Shown: positions 28,978 to 38,213 of the stretch, piece by piece
Layout: each line of letters opens with the position of its first letter
Position numbering within the stretch: position 1 is the first letter of the stretch
From: an uncultured Chloroflexia bacterium
Lineage (GTDB): Bacteria > Chloroflexota > Dehalococcoidia > Dehalococcoidales > UBA2162
Direction: 5' to 3'
Assembly (NCBI GenBank): GCA_963745605.1
Contig: CAVUYC010000012.1
Location: 63,050 to 127,049 of the forward strand
DNA length: 64,000 bases
Position numbers and translations under genes: made by a program
The notes under the pieces: model-generated
The model's input: only the letters and a program-made list of their open reading frames with translations
Databases searched by the model: none
Told to the model about the DNA's origin: nothing

Positions 28978-30039
28978 TTAGGCCCACCCAAGACCGCGTT
29001 CGATCGACGCCATGTCAGGCTCGACCTCTAGAAACTTCGCCGGGCTTTTTAAGACGATATCAGTATCCTTCAGGCCATTTCCAGTCACAACGCAGACAAC
29101 TCTCTTTCCAGAGAAGTCTGTGCCCGCTTGCGCAAGTTTGAGCAACCCGGCCAGGGGCGCAGCTGACGCGGGCTCCCCAAATACTCCCGCCTTGCTCGCC
29201 ATCATTCCCTGTGCCGCAAGGATCTGATCGTCAGTCACCGTTCCTATGCTCCCCTGGGACTCGTCCCTGGCCGCCACAGCCTTCTTCCAACTCGCCGGAT
29301 TGCCTATCTTGATCGCTGTCGCGACTGTGTGTGGATCGTCTACGGGTCGCCCCAACACGAGGGGGGCCGCTCCCTCAGCCTGAAAGCCAGTCATCTTCGG
29401 CAGCGTCTTCGATCTGCCAAGTCTATGATACTCTTTGAATCCCATCCAGTAAGCACTTATGTTGCCAGCGTTCCCCACCGGGATTACTAGATAGTCCGGC
29501 GCGTCGCCAAGGACATCGACGATTTCAAACGCCGCGGTCTTTTGCCCCTCGAGTCTGAACGGGTTCACCGAATTCACCAACGTGACAGGATGTCTGGAAG
29601 TAAGCGCGAGCACCATTTCCAGCGCCTTGTCGAAATTCCCATTGACGGTGACAATTTTGGCCCCGTAAATGATCGCCTGGGCCAGTTTCCCCAGAGCTAT
29701 GTTTCCTTTTGGCACCATGATTATCGCATCGAGATTGCAGTGGGCGGCGTACGCGGCGGCAGAGGCGCTCGTATTGCCGGTTGACGCGCACATCACAGAC
29801 TTGCTGCCAGCTTCCAACGCCTTGGCTATCGCCATTACCATGCCGCGGTCTTTGAAAGACCCCGTAGGATTACAGCCTTCAAACTTGAAATAAAGCTCCT
29901 TACACCCCACTTCAGATTCGAGACGCTTGGCCCTGATCAAAGGCGTGTTCCCTTCACCCATTGAGAAGACAGGTGTGGAAGGACCTATTGGCAGGAAGTC
30001 TTTGTATTTGAAGAGGACTCCGCTATTCATCATGTTCAC
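28978..30039 (-). CDS. thrC: threonine synthase
   Basis: 353 aa, ...[21 protein letters not shown]... (PLP lysine motif), ...[14 protein letters not shown]... Confidence 0.9.
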   Translation of the reverse strand: MNMMNSGVLFKYKDFLPIGPSTPVFSMGEGNTPLIRAKRLESEVGCKELYFKFEGCNPTGSFKDRGMVMAIAKALEAGSKSVMCASTGNTSASAAAYAAHCNLDAIIMVPKGNIALGKLAQAIIYGAKIVTVNGNFDKALEMVLALTSRHPVTLVNSVNPFRLEGQKTAAFEIVDVLGDAPDYLVIPVGNAGNISAYWMGFKEYHRLGRSKTLPKMTGFQAEGAAPLVLGRPVDDPHTVATAIKIGNPASWKKAVAARDESQGSIGTVTDDQILAAQGMMASKAGVFGEPASAAPLAGLLKLAQAGTDFSGKRVVCVVTGNGLKDTDIVLKSPAKFLEVEPDMASIERGLGWA

Positions 30040-30078
30040 CAGACCAAAACCTACTGGGCATTGGGCACAAAAACCGGC

Positions 30079-30681
30079 CTAGCTTCCGCCAGGTCTCACA
30101 AGAGTCTTCCCGCCTCTGCACAAGGGACAATTCTCAGGCTTGTACAAGAGTTCGTCAGTCTTGTGGCAGGCGAACAAAGGATACCCGAACTCGTTACGCC
30201 TTTCGGAACGGTCCACCAAAATCCCTATCCCCACAATGTTCCCCTTAAGCTTCCTGACTGCGTCTATCGTTTCGTTGATTGAACCACCGGTAGTCATAAT
30301 GTCGTCTACGATTAGGACACGCTCGCCCGGTTCGATCTTGAACCCGCGTCTGAATGCCCTCTCTCCGGTGGACGCCTTCTCAGCAAAAATGCCTCGCACG
30401 CCCAGCTGACGAGCTACTTCGTATGCCAGTACAACCCCACCTGTAGTAGGCCCAGCCACCACGTCCACTCGCTGGTCCTTGAACCGGTTCGCAATCATCC
30501 GGCAAAGCTCTTCAGTATAGGCGGGGTACTGCAACACCTGAAACTTCTCCCAATAAACGGGAGAATGTAGGCCTGAAGCGAGAAGAAAATGCCCTTTCCT
30601 GATTACTCCTGCCTTGCTTAGAATCTCTTCAGCGTCGTTCATACGCCCCATTTCAATATCCCTTGGTTTGCCAACGCGCAA
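30079..30681 (-). CDS. pyrE: orotate phosphoribosyltransferase
   Basis: ...GHFLLASGLHSPVYWEKF...VAGPTTGGVVLAY...VLIVDDIMTTGGSI (PRPP motif); start uncertain (30681, 30651 or 30642). Confidence 0.85.
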   Translation of the reverse strand: MRVGKPRDIEMGRMNDAEEILSKAGVIRKGHFLLASGLHSPVYWEKFQVLQYPAYTEELCRMIANRFKDQRVDVVAGPTTGGVVLAYEVARQLGVRGIFAEKASTGERAFRRGFKIEPGERVLIVDDIMTTGGSINETIDAVRKLKGNIVGIGILVDRSERRNEFGYPLFACHKTDELLYKPENCPLCRGGKTLVRPGGS

Positions 30682-30684
30682 CTC

Positions 30685-31242
30685 CTACGGCACCGCTGAC
30701 ACTAGGTCTTCCACTGGGTGTCTGTTAGCTGCCAGACCCCAGTCACCGGGAGGCCATGTAGACAGCCATGTCTTGCCCGCAATATCACGCATTGGGACCA
30801 ACCACCCATATCTGGAATCGTCCGCGACGTTGCGATGATCTCCGAGGACAAAGATCTCGCCTTCAGGTATTGTTTGTCCGACAAACGGCCTGGTATCAGG
30901 GTATGTTATATACGGCTCTTCTAGGCGAATAATCTTGCCATCCGCCTCGTGGACGTACACCGTCCCGTTCCTTAGTTCCACAGATTCACCAGGAAGACCG
31001 ATGACGCGCTTAATCAGGTTGCTATTACGGTCGTGTGGAGATTTGAAGACTATGACATCGCCACGCGTTGGAGGGTGCAGCTTGTATATCAGTTTGTTCA
31101 CCAACACCCATTGCCCGGTTTGGAAATTGGGTTGCATACTTGGTCCATCTACTCGGTAGCTCTGGACGGCAGTTCGCAACCCGAGATACACCACCACAGC
31201 GATGAGCAGGGTGACAACAATGTCGCGGACAGCACCTTTCAT
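30685..31242 (-). CDS. lepB: signal peptidase I
   Basis: 185 aa; N-terminal TM, GPSMQPNF (catalytic Ser), ...KRVIGLPGE..., ...VLGDHRNVADDSRYWG-like box. Confidence 0.88.
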   Translation of the reverse strand: MKGAVRDIVVTLLIAVVVYLGLRTAVQSYRVDGPSMQPNFQTGQWVLVNKLIYKLHPPTRGDVIVFKSPHDRNSNLIKRVIGLPGESVELRNGTVYVHEADGKIIRLEEPYITYPDTRPFVGQTIPEGEIFVLGDHRNVADDSRYGWLVPMRDIAGKTWLSTWPPGDWGLAANRHPVEDLVSAVP

Positions 31243-31319
31243 CTCGCCGAAAACAACCTCAAATCAAACACATCGTACTTCGGGATGCTCGCGTTTCTAA
31301 AGCTCTGGCAGGGGTTGGT

Positions 31320-32861
31320 TCAGGCCCGCCCTTCCTCAGTTCGCAGATTCGAGGAGGGGGTAGCCGAAACACTGCCTGAAGTCACTTTCTCGGCGACTTT
31401 CCTGAAGTGATAACCGAAGACGGCGAGGTTGAAAGAGATAGGCAGAAGCCGCGGGCGCCGCACCGAAGTGGAAATCAATAACTGCCAGAAATGCGCCCGT
31501 CCTTTGTCCAGCACTCCGAGAACCCAGATAATTCTGAAGAAAGCCGGAACATGAAACCATCGGAAGGCCTTCGCTACCCTCAGCTTGGGTGGCTTGTACT
31601 CTTTCAGGAACGTCGAGATTCTGGGATAGTAATGGCGCGGAGAATAGATGGTATTCAGGATATGTCTGTAACCCTCGAGCAGCGTCTGGCGATTCATCTT
31701 AGGCTCAAAGTTGAGAGACGAATCGGTATTGTCGCCACTCATGTCGGAGAGGAGTCTATTCTCCTTCTTCATCCGCTGGTATAGCCTTGTCCCACGCGGG
31801 GCATTGAGCAACCCCACCATCGCGGCCACAATTCCGGTCTTCTCAATGAAGTTGATCTGAGACTTGAATATGGTCGTTGGGTCGCTGTCAAAACCTACTA
31901 TGAACCCACCCTGTACCTCAAAACCATGGTTCTGTATAGACTTGACGCACTGGGCAAGATCCCTACCCGTGTTCTGCGACTTGTTGCACTCAGCCAGGCT
32001 GTCCTCATTCGGTGTTTCTATCCCAATGAAAACCCGGTTGAAACCCGCTCGAGCCATCAGTTGCATCAATTCTTCATCGTCGGCAAGATTGATCGACGCT
32101 TCGGTGAAAAACGAGAAGGGGTGCCGATGATTTTCCGACCAATTCGCCATGGCCGGCAGAATCTCTGCCTTCAGCTTTTTCTTATTCCCGATGAAATTGT
32201 CATCTACGATGAACACGCTGCCACGCCAGCCGGCGCTACGCAACGCATCTAGTTCCGCTTCCAGGCGCTCCCTCGATTTGGTCCGAGGTTGATGGCCATT
32301 AAGCAGCACAATGTCGCAAAACTCACAGTCGAACGGACATCCCCTTGAATACTGGATATTCATTGTTGCGTAGTGTCTCATATCTATCAGAGACCACTGG
32401 GGAATCGGAGTATTATCGAGGGAAGGGCGCTCCATCGAACGATAGACCGGCTTGGCGCAACCTGCCGCGAGGTCCGTTAGAAACTCAGGAAGGGTGACTT
32501 CCGCCTCACCCAAAACCAGGTGGGACACCCCCGGATGCGTTTCCTCGGCCATGGTGAAGTACGATCCTCCGGCCACAACCTTTGTCCCGAGGCGATTGCA
32601 GCGGTCGATGATTTCGCGAGCTGATTTCTTTTGAACGGCCATAGCGCTCAAGAATACGTAATCGGACGCCTTGATATCCTCGTCCTTGAGCGGACTCACA
32701 TTAAGGTCAACGAGCTTCTTTTCCCACTCCTGAGGCAACATCGAGGCGACAGTCAGTAAGCCAAGTGGGGGAAACGAAGCTTTCTTAGCTACAAAACGGA
32801 GCGCGTGCCGGAAGCTCCAAAAGGTGTCGGGGTAAGCAGGGTACACCATGAGAATTCTCAT
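31320..32861 (-). CDS. B12-binding radical SAM protein with DUF4070-type C-terminus (HpnP/HpnR-like class B)
   Basis: ATG at 32861: MRILMVYPAYPDTFWSFRHALRFVAKKASFPPLGLLTVASMLPQEW...; radical SAM cluster YSRGCPFDCEFCD. Confidence 0.8.
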   Translation of the reverse strand: MRILMVYPAYPDTFWSFRHALRFVAKKASFPPLGLLTVASMLPQEWEKKLVDLNVSPLKDEDIKASDYVFLSAMAVQKKSAREIIDRCNRLGTKVVAGGSYFTMAEETHPGVSHLVLGEAEVTLPEFLTDLAAGCAKPVYRSMERPSLDNTPIPQWSLIDMRHYATMNIQYSRGCPFDCEFCDIVLLNGHQPRTKSRERLEAELDALRSAGWRGSVFIVDDNFIGNKKKLKAEILPAMANWSENHRHPFSFFTEASINLADDEELMQLMARAGFNRVFIGIETPNEDSLAECNKSQNTGRDLAQCVKSIQNHGFEVQGGFIVGFDSDPTTIFKSQINFIEKTGIVAAMVGLLNAPRGTRLYQRMKKENRLLSDMSGDNTDSSLNFEPKMNRQTLLEGYRHILNTIYSPRHYYPRISTFLKEYKPPKLRVAKAFRWFHVPAFFRIIWVLGVLDKGRAHFWQLLISTSVRRPRLLPISFNLAVFGYHFRKVAEKVTSGSVSATPSSNLRTEEGRA

Positions 32862-32961
32862 AACCGCTCCCATCGCCAGGTCCAAGTCCCAGTCTGGACA
32901 ACCTCGAGTCATTATGCTACTCTGGAATATCCGGTGTCAATCGCCGGGAAGCTGATTATGC

Positions 32962-32990
32962 TTGACACCAGTCTTGAGGGCTGGTAGCAT
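32962..32990 (+). promoter_or_regulatory. sigma-70-like promoter of rplU-rpmA-rpmE
   Basis: TTGACA (32962-32967) - 17 nt - TAGCAT (32985-32990), then GGAGG at 33000-33004. Confidence 0.55.
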
Positions 32991-33010
32991 TTTTCTTTTG
33001 GAGGCCCAAT

Positions 33011-33409
33011 ATTTACGCGATCATTGAAACCGGCGGAAAGCAATATCGGGTTTCGCCCGGACAGGAAATTGAAGTCGATTTTCTGGATGCGATAGACGGC
33101 AGTACCGTTGAACTCGACCGAGTGTTACTGTTCGGTGACGGCGAGAAGGTTACCCCTGGCAAGCCCACCGTCGAGGGTGTGAAAGTTGTCGCAACCTCCA
33201 AGGGAGATGCCCGGGGCCGCAAAGTAACATCTTTCCGGTACAAGAGCAAGACACGATATAACAAGAAGAAAGGGCATCATCAGACCTACACTCGCCTATC
33301 CATTGACAAGATCGTCACTCCGGACAGCGCAAGCGCTGAGAAACAGGAAGAGCCTGCCAAGAAGCGGACCAGGCGGACCAAGAAAGAGGTAACTGAAAAT
33401 GGCGCATAA
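33011..33409 (+). CDS. rplU: 50S ribosomal protein L21, apparently initiating at ATT
   Basis: Frame from 33011 reads (I/M)[46 protein letters not shown]..., the canonical L21 N-terminus. GGAGG lies 6 nt upstream, an in-frame TGA at 32975, and no ATG/GTG/TTG between. The ORF track starts only at the internal GTG 33122. Confidence 0.88.
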   Translation: MYAIIETGGKQYRVSPGQEIEVDFLDAIDGSTVELDRVLLFGDGEKVTPGKPTVEGVKVVATSKGDARGRKVTSFRYKSKTRYNKKKGHHQTYTRLSIDKIVTPDSASAEKQEEPAKKRTRRTKKEVTENGA

Positions 33410-33653
33410 AAAGGGGGCCGGAAGGACCCATAACGGTCGAGACAGTGCGGGTCAACGTCTCGGAATTAAGAAATATGCAGGCGAGACCGTAAGCGCCGGC
33501 GCGATTATCGTTCGACAGCGCGGCAGCGAAATCAAAGCGGGGACTAACGTGGGGACTGGCAAAGATTTCACGCTCTATTCTTTGGTTGACGGGGCCGTCA
33601 AATTCGAACCGGCCAGCAAGACCAGGAGGAAAGTTAGCGTTTACGCTATCTAG
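33399..33653 (+). CDS. rpmA: 50S ribosomal protein L27
   Basis: 84 aa, [48 protein letters not shown]. Confidence 0.95.
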   Translation: MAHKKGAGRTHNGRDSAGQRLGIKKYAGETVSAGAIIVRQRGSEIKAGTNVGTGKDFTLYSLVDGAVKFEPASKTRRKVSVYAI

Positions 33654-33656
33654 GAT

Positions 33657-33896
33657 ATGAAAGAGAAGATACATCCACAGTACTACCCCGACGCTCAGGT
33701 GATCTGCGCCTGTGGCAACAGCTTCACTACTGGTTCAACACAAAAAGTAATCAAGGTTGAGCTTTGCAGCAAGTGCCATCCATTCTTGACGGGCGAACGC
33801 CGCATGATGGACACGGCCGGTAGAGTCGAGAGGTTCAAGCGGCGCTATCAAGCCAAGGATACTAAGGACCAGAAGGCCGCTGAGGCCAAGAAGTAA
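33657..33896 (+). CDS. rpmE: 50S ribosomal protein L31 (Cys-containing form)
   Basis: 79 aa, [28 protein letters not shown]...[10 protein letters not shown]. Confidence 0.93.
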   Translation: MKEKIHPQYYPDAQVICACGNSFTTGSTQKVIKVELCSKCHPFLTGERRMMDTAGRVERFKRRYQAKDTKDQKAAEAKK

Positions 33897-33923
33897 CTCC
33901 CAGCAGTTCGATTCGTCGATGTC

Positions 33924-33956
33924 AACGGAGCGGCCCAATGCCGCTCCGTTTTGTTT
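33924..33956 (+). terminator. rho-independent terminator after rpmE
   Basis: AACGGAGCGGC / GCCGCTCCGTT 11-bp stem, loop CCAAT, then TTGTTT. Confidence 0.8.
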
Positions 33957-33993
33957 GGTACCCTATTCAAGCTCGCGGCGTCTGCGGAGGACA

Positions 33994-34900
33994 ATGGCTG
34001 AAAGATATTACTACGGCGGGCAGGCTGTCATCGATGGAGTGATGATCCGCGGCAGAACGTCTTTAGTTACTGCTGTAAGACATCCCAATGGGTCCATCGT
34101 CACAGATACACAGGTACTATCGCAACTCTACTCCGGACGGGCACGACACCTTCCTTTCCTGCGAGGGGTCATCGTTCTTATTGAATCGCTCGTGCTTGGA
34201 ATCAAGTCTCTGATGTACTCCGCCAACATCTCACTCGAAGAGGAACAGGAAAAGGTATCAGGGCCTCTCATCTGGCTCATGCTCGCTGTCGCTCTCGGCA
34301 TGGTGGTGGTTCTGTTCTTTATCATCCCGCTGCTCCTGACAAAACTGCTCCATATCCAGTCATCTATTCTTTTCAACCTGGTAGATGGCTTGATCCGCGT
34401 GACAATTTTCGTAATATATTTCCGCGTTATGGGTACTATGCGGGACCTTCGCCGGCGTCTTCGCCTATCACGGCGCCGAGCACAAGGCCGTGAATGCCTA
34501 CGAGGCAGGGGCAACGCTGGACGTTGCGTCGGTACAGAGATACAGCACATCGCACGTAAGATGCGGCACCAGCTTTCTCTTCGCAGTGGTCATCATCTCG
34601 GTACTGGTGTTCTCCCTCGCCGGAGTCCATTCTACGTGGATCATGGCACTTACCAGAGTTCTCCTCGTTCCTGTGATTTCCGGGATAAGCTACGAATTGA
34701 TCTATTTCGCCGGCAGGCACACCGAGAACGTAGTGGCAAGAACTGTATCAAGACCGGGCCTGTGGCTGCAGGCGTTGACCACACGGCAGCCGGATGACAG
34801 CCAGGTCGAAGTGGCCGTTGTCGCCCTGCAGAAGGTGATCGATTCGGAACGGACCGTGATTGCCAGTCCAAGTCAAGGAGTAGCGAGCGCTCCATCATAG
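33994..34900 (+). CDS. DUF1385 family membrane protein, interrupted by an apparent 1-nt insertion (ORFs 33919..34797 and 34490..34900)
   Basis: GGAGG then ATG 33994: MAERYYYGGQAVIDGVMIRG...FRVMGTMRDLRR | VFAYHGAEHKAVNAYEAG...RCGTSFLF...PGLWLQALTTRQPDDSQVEVA; the halves join if one nt in CGCCGGCG (34450-34457) is skipped. Confidence 0.8.
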
Positions 34901-34919
34901 AACGGTGCCGCCAGTGAAC

Positions 34920-35444
34920 TCAGGCCCTCACGCTATATTCGCAACCACAATAATGCTGCCGGTAGAGTCTCCACTCTTTGGCGAGCTCGCCCGAACGCTT
35001 GAAACCATCCTGTTTCTTGAAGTCCCTTACGAGGAAATGCTCTCCCGCCAGATCAATGCCGACCTGGTTCACGGCGGCCGCCTTCTTCCTAGGGCTGACG
35101 GTGAGAGTGGTCGTAAAGGCATCCGCTCCACGATCTTTCATGAAATCGTAGGCCCTCCCCAACCTGAGGCGATAGCAGACCAGGCACCTCGAACCGTCTT
35201 CCGGCTCGTCCCGCAAATGACCGGCAACCCGGTACCATTCGTCGGGTACATAAGCGGGAGCTTCAAGTGGGAAATCAAGGTTCTCGGCGACTAACCGGGC
35301 AACATCCAGTCGTTTTTCAAACTCAAGGGGAGGATACACATTGGGGTTGTAAAAGAATCCGATGATGTCGTGATTCTCTTTCTTCAGTCTTTCTGCGACG
35401 GCTGCTGCACAGACTCCGCAGCAGATGTGAAGGACTATTTTCAC
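34920..35444 (-). CDS. queH: epoxyqueuosine reductase QueH (DUF208)
   Basis: 174 aa, MKIVLHICCGVCAA...GFFYNPNVYP...CLVCYRLRL...TTTLTVSPRK...YRQHYCGCEYS. Confidence 0.85.
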   Translation of the reverse strand: MKIVLHICCGVCAAAVAERLKKENHDIIGFFYNPNVYPPLEFEKRLDVARLVAENLDFPLEAPAYVPDEWYRVAGHLRDEPEDGSRCLVCYRLRLGRAYDFMKDRGADAFTTTLTVSPRKKAAAVNQVGIDLAGEHFLVRDFKKQDGFKRSGELAKEWRLYRQHYCGCEYSVRA

Positions 35445-36115
35445 TAGCTTTGACTTTCGCTTTGCATCGCCCTTTCGATCTCGTTGAAGTCGTCAAAGTG
35501 GCAGTGGGCGACGCCAGACTCAATGCACTTTCGAAGCAACGTGCCGGTAGCGAAGATTCTGTCGCATTGCCGGGCTGGAACATAGTCCGATGAACCGTCG
35601 CCTATGTAGACTACACGGTAACCCTCATCCAGGAAATGCGACACGAACCTGGCTTTGAAAGCATCATCAACAGGCCGTCCATCAGGACCGTAATATTGCA
35701 CTGAGAGGGAATTGCCGCCAAAACGTGTACTGGCTGCGTGTACTTCGACATCCTGAAGGCCTTCGCGCGCCAGAATGTCTTCAATATAGAAGTCCAACCC
35801 GTTGCTGACGATCGCGAGCCTGAGCCCAGTGCGCCTGCAGAAACTCACAAACTGGCGGAAACCAGGGCGTACCTTCACCTTCCCTTCGATCGACTTTAGC
35901 ATTTCCTCCCTGGTCGCAGTCACTAGACCGAAGGCTTCATCATTGAACTTACCCACTGTCATGAGACCAGCTTCATAAACCCGATTGATCTCCCGCCAGT
36001 CGCCTCTGGCAAACGTGTCAAGCATCAGGAAACTGGCGTCTTCGAAAGTGACAGTGCCGTCAAAGTCGCATTGAATCAGTGTGGGGGCGGCTTGCCTTGC
36101 GGACGGTTGGATCAT
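35444..36115 (-). CDS. HAD-IB phosphatase, MtnX-like
   Basis: 223 aa; CDFDGTVT (motif I), RPGFRQFVSFC, VSNGLDFY, IGDGSSD (motif IV), ...HCHFDDFNEI. Confidence 0.7.
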   Translation of the reverse strand: MIQPSARQAAPTLIQCDFDGTVTFEDASFLMLDTFARGDWREINRVYEAGLMTVGKFNDEAFGLVTATREEMLKSIEGKVKVRPGFRQFVSFCRRTGLRLAIVSNGLDFYIEDILAREGLQDVEVHAASTRFGGNSLSVQYYGPDGRPVDDAFKARFVSHFLDEGYRVVYIGDGSSDYVPARQCDRIFATGTLLRKCIESGVAHCHFDDFNEIERAMQSESQS

Positions 36116-36172
36116 GCTGGTTGGCTTCGTAATTCAATTCTACCAAGCTGGGGCCGGTATTGTATACGCGGG

Positions 36173-38176
36173 CTAGCCGGGCTTGACAGCCATCATGGAT
36201 CGCATGTGGGTGATATCGTCCAGCCACAGCTTGGGCTCCGCCTCAGAAGGCATTCGCCAATCGCCCCTGGGCGACAGGCTGACAGAGCCGACTTTCGGAC
36301 CTTCGGGGAGGCACGTTCGCTTGAATTGATTCGCGAAGAATCGCCGGATGAAGCTTCTTTCCCACTTCTCTATCTCGTCCAGAGAGTATCTCTTTTCGAA
36401 GAGACCTTGACCGGAGACCAGATTGCAGAGGTAGAGTATCTTTCCGGGCGCCATCCCGAATCTGATGAACGGATACAGGAAGAAGTCCGCCAGTTCCACA
36501 GGGCCGATAACCTCTTCACTTAATTGGGTGATCTTGCCTTCTTCGGGTCGCTGCAGCTCAGGCGAGATCGGCGTGTCCAGGATATCATGCAATATCGCGT
36601 GCGCCGGACTATCTGCGAGTTCCTCTTCCGCCACCCACCTCACGAGATACTGCACCAGAGTCTTCGGCACTGACGCGTTGACGTGATAGTGAGACATGTG
36701 GTCGCCCGAGAAGGTGGACCACCCCAATGCTATCTCGGTAAGATCTGCCGTTCCCAGAAGAAGGGCATCCACTTGGTTTGCCTTGTTGAAAAGGAAATCA
36801 GTCCGATACCTGGCCTGGACATTCTCGAACACTACGTCGCCATCGCCCGCATGTTCCAGGTCTCGGAGATGGCTTTCGCTGCTCTCAACAATGCTCACCT
36901 CGGTCAGACTCACGCCTAGCGAACGCGCAAGCTCAATGGCGTTCTTCTTCGTACGCCCTGTCGTGCCAAACCCGGGCAAAGTGAATGCCTGAATGTTCTG
37001 GCGCGGCAGCTTACAGAAGTCCATCGTCTTCGCTGCGACCAGCAAAGCATGTGTCGAATCAAGTCCGCCAGAGATGCCTATCACCAGTCTCTGTTTCTTC
37101 GCTCCGCGCAGCTTCTGGGCCAGGCCGGCGATCTGCATCGAGAATATATCGCGGCATCGTTCAGCCCTTCTGGCTGTGTCTTGAGGCACAAACGGGTAGG
37201 CGTCCAGAGAGCGAACCAGCGCTCCCGCCGGGGGGTCTGTCACTTCGACGTCGACCATACGGCAAGGCTCGACCTGAGAAGCCATGATTCTGAAGCTGTT
37301 CTTGTTTCTGCGGTCGTAAACGAGGCGTTCGACATCTATATCGTTCACCAGCAGCTGGGGCTCCGAAACAAGTACCTCAGACTCTTTGAGTATTACTCCG
37401 TTTTCAGCGATTAGGGCGTGTCCGCTGTAAACGATATCGTTTGACGACTCGCCTATCCCCGAAGACGTGTAGCAGTATGCAGCCGAACATCTTCCTGATT
37501 CGGAGGACAGCATCGTTCTGCGCCATTCTGACTTCCCCAGAATCTCGTTGCTGGCGGACAGGTTGACCAGGATGGTTGCGCCGGCAAGAGCCTGACTCTC
37601 GTGGGGAGCGAGAGGCAGCCACATGTCCTCACAAATCTCCACTCCTACCAACGCGTCGCCGCCGTTCAGCCTGAACAACACGTCAGGCCCAAAAGGAGCT
37701 GATTGGCCGGCTAGCGTGACCGACTCGATGTTCGGGTCCGATCCGCTCCACCACCTCTCTTCATAGAACTCCTTGTACGTAGGCGGAAGGGACTTGGGGA
37801 CAACTCCTGCGATCATCCCAGACGACAGCCCAACAGCGCAATTGAAGATCCGCTGGCCGGCTGCTACAGGCATGCCCACGAAGATCAGCATTGGCGGGCC
37901 GGCTGCACTCAGCTTCAGGAGACGCCCAAGCCCACTCTCAGCTTTCTGTAGGAGCACTCTGTGATGGACCAGGTCCGCAAGCGTGTAGCTGGTAAGCGCC
38001 ATCTCGGGAAACGCCAGGACCTGCACTCCGAGATCTCGTGCCTGTTCCACGATCTTGGCTATCTCGGACACATTGAAGTCAACGTCGGCTACCCGTAACG
38101 CGGGGACGGCCACTCCAACTCGAACAAACCCCAAGGTTCCGGTAAGGCTAACCCTGCCTTTTCTGGAAGGTGGCAT
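36173..38176 (-). CDS. nadE: glutamine-dependent NAD+ synthetase (long form: nitrilase-like + synthetase domains)
   Basis: 667 aa; N-terminal CN-hydrolase domain (…FPEMALTSY…, …EICEDMW…), then the SGGLDS PP-loop. Confidence 0.88.
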   Translation of the reverse strand: MPPSRKGRVSLTGTLGFVRVGVAVPALRVADVDFNVSEIAKIVEQARDLGVQVLAFPEMALTSYTLADLVHHRVLLQKAESGLGRLLKLSAAGPPMLIFVGMPVAAGQRIFNCAVGLSSGMIAGVVPKSLPPTYKEFYEERWWSGSDPNIESVTLAGQSAPFGPDVLFRLNGGDALVGVEICEDMWLPLAPHESQALAGATILVNLSASNEILGKSEWRRTMLSSESGRCSAAYCYTSSGIGESSNDIVYSGHALIAENGVILKESEVLVSEPQLLVNDIDVERLVYDRRNKNSFRIMASQVEPCRMVDVEVTDPPAGALVRSLDAYPFVPQDTARRAERCRDIFSMQIAGLAQKLRGAKKQRLVIGISGGLDSTHALLVAAKTMDFCKLPRQNIQAFTLPGFGTTGRTKKNAIELARSLGVSLTEVSIVESSESHLRDLEHAGDGDVVFENVQARYRTDFLFNKANQVDALLLGTADLTEIALGWSTFSGDHMSHYHVNASVPKTLVQYLVRWVAEEELADSPAHAILHDILDTPISPELQRPEEGKITQLSEEVIGPVELADFFLYPFIRFGMAPGKILYLCNLVSGQGLFEKRYSLDEIEKWERSFIRRFFANQFKRTCLPEGPKVGSVSLSPRGDWRMPSEAEPKLWLDDITHMRSMMAVKPG

Positions 38177-38213
38177 TTCTTCGATCCTTTACTGCGAGAG
38201 CAGCTGGCTCGGA

